From: an uncultured Candidatus Cloacimonas sp.
Lineage (GTDB): Bacteria > Cloacimonadota > Cloacimonadia > Cloacimonadales > Cloacimonadaceae
DNA length: 64,000 nucleotides
Assembly (NCBI GenBank): GCA_964430595.1
Contig: CAYSGM010000001.1
Location: 12,689 to 76,688, forward strand
Direction: 5' to 3'
How positions within the stretch are numbered: position 1 is the stretch's first letter; each line of letters opens with the position of its first letter. This document shows, in pieces, positions 57,127-64,000 of this stretch. The position numbers were made by a program, and so were the translations under genes. The notes below the pieces were generated by a model. That model saw only the letters and a list, made by a program, of their open reading frames with translations. It was not told the origin of the DNA and did not search any database.

Positions 57127-57240
57127 CTTCCCTACTTCTCCGCTAATGATTCGCAATGGGGTTCACCGGGATCTCGCCATGATAAATCATGGTGAGATCA
57201 TGGTCAGAGCCCCTTTGGTTCTACTGCGGAAAGCAAGGAA
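57127..57240. repeat. 11-nt-periodic palindromic element related to 35724-35838
   Basis: GATCTCGCCATGAT-AA-ATCATGGTGAGATC; shared GGTGAGATCATGGTCAGA. Confidence 0.7.
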
Positions 57241-57465
57241 ACCGGAAGAGCTGACGCCTGTGTGCGACAGTAGCAACAGGCATATCCGGAATAGCTGACG
57301 TCCCGTCTGCGATAGTAAACTCCGAAAACCCCGGATTGGAAAGAAAGCCAAACTTATCCCATCAGAAGATTCTGCTTGACTTAAACCTCGCCTAATGTTC
57401 GCATAGCACTTACTTGGTTTGTGTGCTTACATAGCCGGGGCAATACCCTGAACGGGAGTAAGAAA

Positions 57466-59709
57466 ATGAAGACAGCAACGTTATTTCTGATAAGCTTGGC
57501 TTTTATCCTTCAAGTAGTCATGCTTTTTGCAGTCCCTTCGCAGAGTGACAATTACACCAGCGGGATGGGGGTGCAATGCACGGCTATTGATGGCGATAAT
57601 ATCTGGATAGGCACAAATGGCGGGCTGGTGATAATGAACCGCTTTACCAATGAAAAGACATTCTATAACGCCCTTGATTCGGAATTGCCGGATAACCTGA
57701 TAAACTGCATTGCTATCGATACTCTGGGAGTGAAATGGATGGGCACCGGATTTGGGCTGGCGAAGTTCGACGGACTAAGCTGGACCGTTTATAATACCAC
57801 CAATTCTGCCATAGCAACTAATAATATCACTGCCATAGCAATAGATGAACTTGGAAACAAGTGGTTAGGGGGTGTGAGCTGTCTGATTAAGTTTGATGGC
57901 ATTACCTGGACTACCTACAATACGATCCCTACCCATCTGCAAAATAGTATGGTTACCAGTATAGCCATAGATTCCGAGGGAGTGAAGTGGATCGGAACCA
58001 TTCCTTACTGGAATGAAGAAAATGTAAGTGGCTTAGTAAGTTTTAATGGAGTTACGTGGAGTAAATACAACACTGAAAACAGTGATATTGGCGGAAATTT
58101 CATTGATGACCTCGGCATAGACAGCACCGGGAAACTATGGCTGTGCCATCCGGAGCGCACTAATGAAAATGCAGAGGTGATTGAGGGAGGGCTATCCTGC
58201 TTTGATGGCATAAACTGGACGGTTTATACCAGCGAAACCAGTAACCTGCCGGATAACACCGTAAATTGCATAACCTTCTCTCCCAGCGGGATAAAGTGGA
58301 TTGGGACAAGTGACGGGCTTGCCAGTTTCGACGGCACCACCTGGACGGTATATAACGCCCCTGCTGCTATGTTCGGGAGCAATGCTATTGGCAACATAAG
58401 CATAGACGAACAGGGAATCAAATGGCTTGGGAACGGGAATGTTAATGAAAGTGACGGACTGCTCCACTTATGGGGAACAGAATGGGCTTTAATCGATCCC
58501 TCAAACTCCGGCATGACTACAAATATGGTGAATTGCCTGGCGATAGACTATACAAACATGAAGTATATGGGCACAGACGATGGGCTGGTGATCTTTGACG
58601 GGATAGCCTGGGAGGAAGTTAACACCCAGAATTCCGGCATCCCCTATGGGGCTGTGAACTGCATGGCTTTTGATGCACAGGGAGTTTTGTGGCTGGGCGT
58701 AGGCAGCAAACTGGTAAGCTTTAACGGCATAAGCTGGAACGTGGAATTGGAGTATTTCAGCGATTTGACCAGTATTGCCATAGATAATCAAAACGTGAAA
58801 TGGATTGGGGTGAAAGATTACTATTATGGGGGCTTGATCCGCTATAATGGTGCTAACATGATGATCTTTAACGAAGAGAACTCCGGCTTACCGGGAAGGC
58901 AAGTGAAATACGTCGCCTGTGATGCTCAGGGAGTGGTGTGGGTTGCTACTAGTAATGAATTTGAGGCTAATGGCTTAACAAGCTACAACGGAAGTATCTG
59001 GACAAATTACAGTAGCACGAACTCTCTCTTGCCCAGCAATGTAGTCCACTGCATCACGGTGGATGCCTGGGACTGTAAATGGATCGGCACTGATAATGGC
59101 ATGGTTCTCATTAACGGCACTACGTGGACAGTATATAACACTACAAACTCTGAACTGCCGAATAACTGTGTAACTGCTGTTGCTGTTGATGAACTGGGCG
59201 ATGTGTGGGTATCTGCCAAGCTTGTTTCCGGATGGAGATCAGATTTAGTTCGGCTATCGGGATACGATTATAACGTATTTGATGATGCTGTACCCGGAGG
59301 CAGGACTTTTAACCTGATTAGTCTGGATTCCTTTGGGAACAAATGGATTGCTTCCACGGATGATAATATCGGGCTTATATTCTATTACGAAGGGTATGTG
59401 GCTAACGAAGATGAATACAATCAGTTGCCCAAGGACAGATTCATGCTTGGCAATTACCCAAACCCCTTTTCCAGTACTACTAACATCAGCTTTACGCTGG
59501 ATAAATCTACCTCTGCCGAGTTAAAGATTTACAACCTGAAAGGGCAATTGGTAAAAACGCTGTGTAACGAAGTGTTAAGCCAAGGTGAACAACTGCTTGG
59601 TTGGGATGGGACAGATAACCGAAACCGGAAAACCGCCCAGGGTGTTTACCTATGCAGGCTGAAAACCCCTGAGGGAACCAGCACCCGTAAACTGATCAGA
59701 CTAAAATGA
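57466..59709 (+). CDS. Secreted Reg_prop-type beta-propeller repeat protein with CTD
   Basis: Many YNT.NS.LP.N.V.CIA.D..G.KWIGT..GL repeats; NYPNPF...IYNLKGQLV...WDGTD. Confidence 0.85.
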   Translation: MKTATLFLISLAFILQVVMLFAVPSQSDNYTSGMGVQCTAIDGDNIWIGTNGGLVIMNRFTNEKTFYNALDSELPDNLINCIAIDTLGVKWMGTGFGLAKFDGLSWTVYNTTNSAIATNNITAIAIDELGNKWLGGVSCLIKFDGITWTTYNTIPTHLQNSMVTSIAIDSEGVKWIGTIPYWNEENVSGLVSFNGVTWSKYNTENSDIGGNFIDDLGIDSTGKLWLCHPERTNENAEVIEGGLSCFDGINWTVYTSETSNLPDNTVNCITFSPSGIKWIGTSDGLASFDGTTWTVYNAPAAMFGSNAIGNISIDEQGIKWLGNGNVNESDGLLHLWGTEWALIDPSNSGMTTNMVNCLAIDYTNMKYMGTDDGLVIFDGIAWEEVNTQNSGIPYGAVNCMAFDAQGVLWLGVGSKLVSFNGISWNVELEYFSDLTSIAIDNQNVKWIGVKDYYYGGLIRYNGANMMIFNEENSGLPGRQVKYVACDAQGVVWVATSNEFEANGLTSYNGSIWTNYSSTNSLLPSNVVHCITVDAWDCKWIGTDNGMVLINGTTWTVYNTTNSELPNNCVTAVAVDELGDVWVSAKLVSGWRSDLVRLSGYDYNVFDDAVPGGRTFNLISLDSFGNKWIASTDDNIGLIFYYEGYVANEDEYNQLPKDRFMLGNYPNPFSSTTNISFTLDKSTSAELKIYNLKGQLVKTLCNEVLSQGEQLLGWDGTDNRNRKTAQGVYLCRLKTPEGTSTRKLIRLK

Positions 59710-59721
59710 TAGAGGTTTAAA

Positions 59722-60570
59722 GTGGAAAGAATAGTTATTATTGTCGCTTTCATGTTGTTAACCTGTGGTGGACTACTGCTGGCAAAAAGCAGCGTAAATC
59801 CTGATGATTTCTGGACAGGAGCATATTGTGTGCAGAAAAGTGTGAAGCCACCTTCAGCCAATGCTAAGTTTATTAAAGCCCAGGTGGATGGTAAATGGAG
59901 TAGCTTTCCCCTGGTAGATTTCCCTCAGGCTTATTGGGATTGGAACCGTAGCCGTCGGTTGGAATACCTGGATATCTTTAGAGAAATGCTGGAAAAGGGA
60001 GCTGAAAGCACGCGTCAGCCGCAGCTATCAGGGCCGCATAACGGCATGGTTGCCACCTATGGAGCAGCACGTAAGGATAGCAAATTTAAGCTGAATAATG
60101 CTGTGAAAGGCATGGGCTTCTTACCTAAAGCAGACAAAATAGTGGAGATTACAGCGCTGCTGGAATCCACCATAGAAGCACCTTTGGGAGAGAAACTGGC
60201 GGTGCTGGATAGCCTGTATAAACAAGCTGAGGAAATCTTTGCTGCTGACCGTCTAATCTCCCTGGAGCTGTATTCGGAACCGGGATTCACCACCCAGACC
60301 TTTCTGAATCAGATGGTTAATCCTGCTTGTGTAACGGTTTTTCTGGATATACCCACCTATAAAGTGAAGCAAATTGCCAGGCTTATTCACCCGGAAGATC
60401 CCAAGCTTAGCGATTATGAGAAACAGGCATGCCATTATGTGAACCTGATGCACAGCTACTTTCACGGCAAGTTCCCACGGGACTATATGGCAGTGATCTA
60501 TTACAACATAGAGGTTTACGATAGTTCTCCCGGCAGAAAAGATGCCCGTGGGACAAAATTAACACCATAG
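59722..60570 (+). CDS. Exported hypothetical protein, possible pyridoxamine-5'-phosphate-oxidase-like split barrel
   Basis: GTG after GAGG; signal peptide; TFLNQMVNP...EVYDSSPG pattern. Confidence 0.5.
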   Translation: MERIVIIVAFMLLTCGGLLLAKSSVNPDDFWTGAYCVQKSVKPPSANAKFIKAQVDGKWSSFPLVDFPQAYWDWNRSRRLEYLDIFREMLEKGAESTRQPQLSGPHNGMVATYGAARKDSKFKLNNAVKGMGFLPKADKIVEITALLESTIEAPLGEKLAVLDSLYKQAEEIFAADRLISLELYSEPGFTTQTFLNQMVNPACVTVFLDIPTYKVKQIARLIHPEDPKLSDYEKQACHYVNLMHSYFHGKFPRDYMAVIYYNIEVYDSSPGRKDARGTKLTP

Positions 60571-60578
60571 AAGGACTT

Positions 60579-61901
60579 ATGAGTTTTGAAGAATATGACG
60601 ATCTGGACGATATAGAACTGGAAACCGACACCTGGGAAGAACTGGAGCGGGTGGAAAAGACCGCCATTGTAGCTGCATTAGTCCGCCAGGGGGAAACCGA
60701 AGCCGAGACCAAAGACACCCTGGATGAACTGGAACGTTTGGCGGATACGGCAGGAATAATTATCCTGGGAAGATATACGCAGAAGAAGAATTGCCCGGAT
60801 CGCAGCACTTTCTTTGGCAAAGGTTTTTTAACCGATCTTGCACAGAAGATGCTGCAATCCCAGGCAGAGCTGCTAATCATCAACGAAGAGCTTAGCCCCA
60901 TGCAGGGCAGGAATATAGAAAAGACTTTCGGCATCAAGGTGATAGACCGCACGGAGGTAATCCTGGGGATATTTCACGATCACGCCAAGACCAAGGAGGC
61001 AAAACTGCAGGTGGGATTGGCAGAACTGGAATACCAGTTGCCCCGGCTCAAAAAGCTGTGGGGGCATTTTGACAAAGAGCATGGAAGTGCCCGCAGCGTT
61101 GGTGGAAGCGCTTCACGTGGTATGGGTGAGAAGCAGATAGAGATAGACAAACGCCTGATCCGCACCAATATTCACAAGATCAACCGTGCCATTGCCCGCA
61201 TCACCAGCCAAAAGGAAACCCAGCGTAAACAGCGCGATAAGAGCCGTAAGATATGCTTGGTGGGCTATACAAATGCGGGGAAATCCACCCTCTTTAACCG
61301 CCTAACCCAAGCCGGGGTTTTGGTGGAAGATAAACTATTTGCCACTCTGGATTCCACCTCGCGTCAATTGAAGCTTTCTACCGGTAGCCCGGTGGTGCTT
61401 TCGGATACGGTTGGGTTTATCTCCAAGCTTCCTCACCACCTTGTGGCATCCTTCAAAGCCACGCTAATGGAGGTTCAGGATGCGGATTTGCTGCTGCACA
61501 TGGTGGATGTAGCCGATGACCGCTTCGAATACTACATTCAGGAAGTGAACTCCGTTTTAACCCAGATCAAGGCTATAGACATCCCCCAAATACTGGTGTT
61601 TAACAAGATTGATAATCTCAATGATCAGCTGTTAAGCTTACTTGTGCGCCGTTTCCCTGAAGCTGCCTTCATCTCTGCATTGGGGGACAGGAACATAGAC
61701 ACCCTGCTCGCCAAGGTGGAAGCGCGTGTATTGGGCAACCAGACTATGAAACTGCTGCTCCCCTATACAAAATCTGCCCTGATCAGCAAGCTACACGAAA
61801 TAGCCGTGATCAAGGCAGAAGAGTATCTTGAGGACGGCATCCATATAGAAATTCAGATCAGCAAGGACGACGTCTATATTGTTAAGGATTATATCGTTTA
61901 G
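60579..61901 (+). CDS. hflX: GTPase HflX
   Basis: DRTEVIL.IF..HA, Y.LPRL, GYTNAGKST, DTVGFI, FNKID. Confidence 0.95.
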   Translation: MSFEEYDDLDDIELETDTWEELERVEKTAIVAALVRQGETEAETKDTLDELERLADTAGIIILGRYTQKKNCPDRSTFFGKGFLTDLAQKMLQSQAELLIINEELSPMQGRNIEKTFGIKVIDRTEVILGIFHDHAKTKEAKLQVGLAELEYQLPRLKKLWGHFDKEHGSARSVGGSASRGMGEKQIEIDKRLIRTNIHKINRAIARITSQKETQRKQRDKSRKICLVGYTNAGKSTLFNRLTQAGVLVEDKLFATLDSTSRQLKLSTGSPVVLSDTVGFISKLPHHLVASFKATLMEVQDADLLLHMVDVADDRFEYYIQEVNSVLTQIKAIDIPQILVFNKIDNLNDQLLSLLVRRFPEAAFISALGDRNIDTLLAKVEARVLGNQTMKLLLPYTKSALISKLHEIAVIKAEEYLEDGIHIEIQISKDDVYIVKDYIV

Positions 61902-62551
61902 AATCTGTTTATCACACAGGGGATAACCAGGTCCGCTTCCGTGGCTTTTACTACCTCTTCCACGGTAAGTCCATCGGCAATCTCGCATAGCACTAAGCCT
62001 TCCGGGCGCAGCTCCATCACCGCCATATCGGTAATGATGAGGCTTACTTTCCCCTTAGCGGTAAGTGGCAGGTTGCATTGCTTCAGCACCTTTGGGTTGC
62101 CGTATTTGTCACAATGCTCCATAGCAACGATCACCTTTTTTGCCCCGGTTACCAAGTCCATAGCTCCGCCCATGCCCGGAACCATCTTACCTGGGATCAT
62201 CCAGTTAGCCAGATTCCCTTCCTGATCTACCTGTAAAGCTCCCAACACGGTAATATCTATATGCCCGCCTCTGATGATGGCAAAGCTTGTAGCCGAATCA
62301 AAGTAACTTGCTCCTGGTAGGGCTGTGATGTATCCGCCCCCTGCATTCACCAAATCCTTGTCTTCGCTTCCTGTGACAGGAGAGGGTCCCACGCCAAGCA
62401 TCCCATTTTCGGATTGGAATACTACATGCACGCCGGGGGGAATGTGATTTGCTGCTTCTGTAGGCAGCCCAATCCCAAGGTTCACGTAATCGCCGTCTTT
62501 CAATTCTTTGGCAATCCGTGCCCCAATCATTGCTCTTTTATCATTTGCCAT
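61898..62551 (-). CDS. atoA: 3-oxoacid/acetoacetate CoA-transferase subunit B
   Basis: VNLGIGLP, QSENG catalytic Glu, GMGGAMDL. Confidence 0.88.
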   Translation of the reverse strand: MANDKRAMIGARIAKELKDGDYVNLGIGLPTEAANHIPPGVHVVFQSENGMLGVGPSPVTGSEDKDLVNAGGGYITALPGASYFDSATSFAIIRGGHIDITVLGALQVDQEGNLANWMIPGKMVPGMGGAMDLVTGAKKVIVAMEHCDKYGNPKVLKQCNLPLTAKGKVSLIITDMAVMELRPEGLVLCEIADGLTVEEVVKATEADLVIPCVINRF

Positions 62552-63208
62552 CTAGCTCTCCTTAGTAATAACGAGGTAATTCACAAACACTCCGGGACAG
62601 GCGATCTGCTCCGGATCAAGCTCACCTATTTCCACAATCTCATCCACTTCGGCTATGGTAATTCTACCTGCCATTGCCATGATGGGATTGCTGTTGCGTG
62701 AGGTTTTGCTAAAGGTAAGGTTACCCATTTTATCTGCCTTATGAGCGCGTATAATGGCAAAGTCGGATGCTATGGCGGGTTCAACGATATAGTCCTTACC
62801 GTCGCAGTTAACCACTTGCTTACCTTCTTCCACCACTGTCCCCAAGCCGGTAGGGGTTAGCACTCCACCCAAACCTGCACCATATGCCCGAACCCTTTCC
62901 ATTAGCGTCCCCTGAGGAACCAGCTCTATGGCTATTTCCCCGGCGTTCATCTGGCTTTGAATGGCTTTATTGGTTCCCAGATGTGATACTTGGGCACTCT
63001 TTACTAAGTGGTTTACCACTAGTTTCCCCACTCCGCGATCTTCCCAATCCGAAGCGATTACAATCATGTGCAAATCGCCAACTTGTTGCCGGACAAGCGC
63101 GTCTATTATTGTCTCCGGTGCACCGGCAGCAAGAAAGCCCCCGATAGCAACCCTGCTTCCGGGTTTGATCATGGATGCTGCCTCATCGGCAGTAATCAGC
63201 TTTACCAT
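62552..63208 (-). CDS. atoD: 3-oxoacid/acetoacetate CoA-transferase subunit A
   Basis: IGGF...G.P, PQGTLMER, TPTGLGT, KAD..GN. Confidence 0.88.
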   Translation of the reverse strand: MVKLITADEAASMIKPGSRVAIGGFLAAGAPETIIDALVRQQVGDLHMIVIASDWEDRGVGKLVVNHLVKSAQVSHLGTNKAIQSQMNAGEIAIELVPQGTLMERVRAYGAGLGGVLTPTGLGTVVEEGKQVVNCDGKDYIVEPAIASDFAIIRAHKADKMGNLTFSKTSRNSNPIMAMAGRITIAEVDEIVEIGELDPEQIACPGVFVNYLVITKES

Positions 63209-63263
63209 GCGAACTCCTTTCTAAATATAAGATTACTTAGTCGTTTCAAATCAGTAGCTTGAG

Positions 63264-64000
63264 TTAAAACATATCAAACAGCAGTTCCCGTGTTGCAGGT
63301 CCATTCTCTACAGGTTCGATTATTGCTCTGTAGTTATTATAGAACAGCATCCCAATCTCGGGATCAAACTGTGTATCCACATTGTCTCTTATCTCCAGGC
63401 TGGCAGAATAGGGATCAAGATTCATCCGGTAGGGTCGTTGGCTGGTCATGGCATCAAAGGAATCTGCAATGGCAACAATTCTTGCAAACAGAGATATACT
63501 CTCTCCTTTAAGCCCGTTTGGGTAGCCTCCCCCGCCATACCACTCATGATGTTGGAGAATGATCTCATGAATTGGTGCCTGCAAACCTATAGGTCCAATA
63601 ATCCGCTCGCCAATTATCGGGTGTTGTTTTATAATCTCGTATTCACTAATTGTAAGAGCTTGATCTTTGCTCAGCAGGGAGTTATAAATCCCAATCTTGC
63701 CCAAATCATGCAGCAATGCCCCGATGCGCAGCAATTTCAGCTCTTCCTGATCCAGCTTCATGAGTTTGCCAAGCATAATGCTGATCACGGTTACTCTTTC
63801 CGAATGCCCCCGGGTATAAATATCGTTTGCTTCCATAGCGTAAACCATGGCATATATGGTATTGAGGTAGTGTTTCTCCAGCTTGTTTTGCGCCACCACA
63901 AGCTCTCGTGTCCGCTCTTCTACAAGGCTTTCCAGGTGGTTGCGGTAGTTTTCATTCTGAATCAGGAGCATATTTTTCTGGAGGGCTTGTTTCACCGCCA
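63264..64000 (-). CDS. HD-GYP phosphodiesterase, probably a response regulator (5' part outside window)
   Basis: T.GHS.RV, LHDLGK, HHE, GYP, IADSFDAMTS.RPYR; frame open to the window edge. Confidence 0.88.
   Translation of the reverse strand, partial: AVKQALQKNMLLIQNENYRNHLESLVEERTRELVVAQNKLEKHYLNTIYAMVYAMEANDIYTRGHSERVTVISIMLGKLMKLDQEELKLLRIGALLHDLGKIGIYNSLLSKDQALTISEYEIIKQHPIIGERIIGPIGLQAPIHEIILQHHEWYGGGGYPNGLKGESISLFARIVAIADSFDAMTSQRPYRMNLDPYSASLEIRDNVDTQFDPEIGMLFYNNYRAIIEPVENGPATRELLFDMF

Noticed and set aside
57466..59709. PorZ orthologue
   Set aside because: Propeller + CTD architecture fits, but the regular Reg_prop repeats are a common cargo type and no T9SS core genes are adjacent; cannot be assigned without a profile search.

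Overview
A 64 kb bacterial chromosomal segment. Gene content and the many secreted proteins with a YPNP...YN(I/L)KGQ...W.G C-terminal domain (CTD) suggest an FCB-superphylum organism, most likely Cloacimonadota; this is inference, not a database result. The left part holds a complete minus-strand type IVa pilus operon (pilA-pilT-pilV/W/X-like-pilM-N-O-P-Q-Ig lipoprotein-pilB-pilC) behind a sigma54-type promoter. Convergent with it is a CTD-secreted protein that carries a close copy of the ~410-430 aa domain of the PilX/ComZ-like tip pilin, and the pilin copy contains a C11 slippage tract. The rest comprises a double-parvulin PPIase, a MoxR-DUF58-BatABCDE operon, rpmB, a cNMP histidine kinase, metabolic genes, efp plus a small Zn-finger ORF resembling bL38/DUF4295, and an M6-like (HQxxH)/PorV-like/S8 protease operon. 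Further right lie more CTD proteins, speD-speE-recJ-lnt-glyQ, hflX, CoA-transferase A/B and a truncated HD-GYP gene. Intergenic regions are rich in REP/REPIN-like and 11-nt-periodic palindromes. No rRNA, tRNA, CRISPR array, transposase or integrase was recognised.
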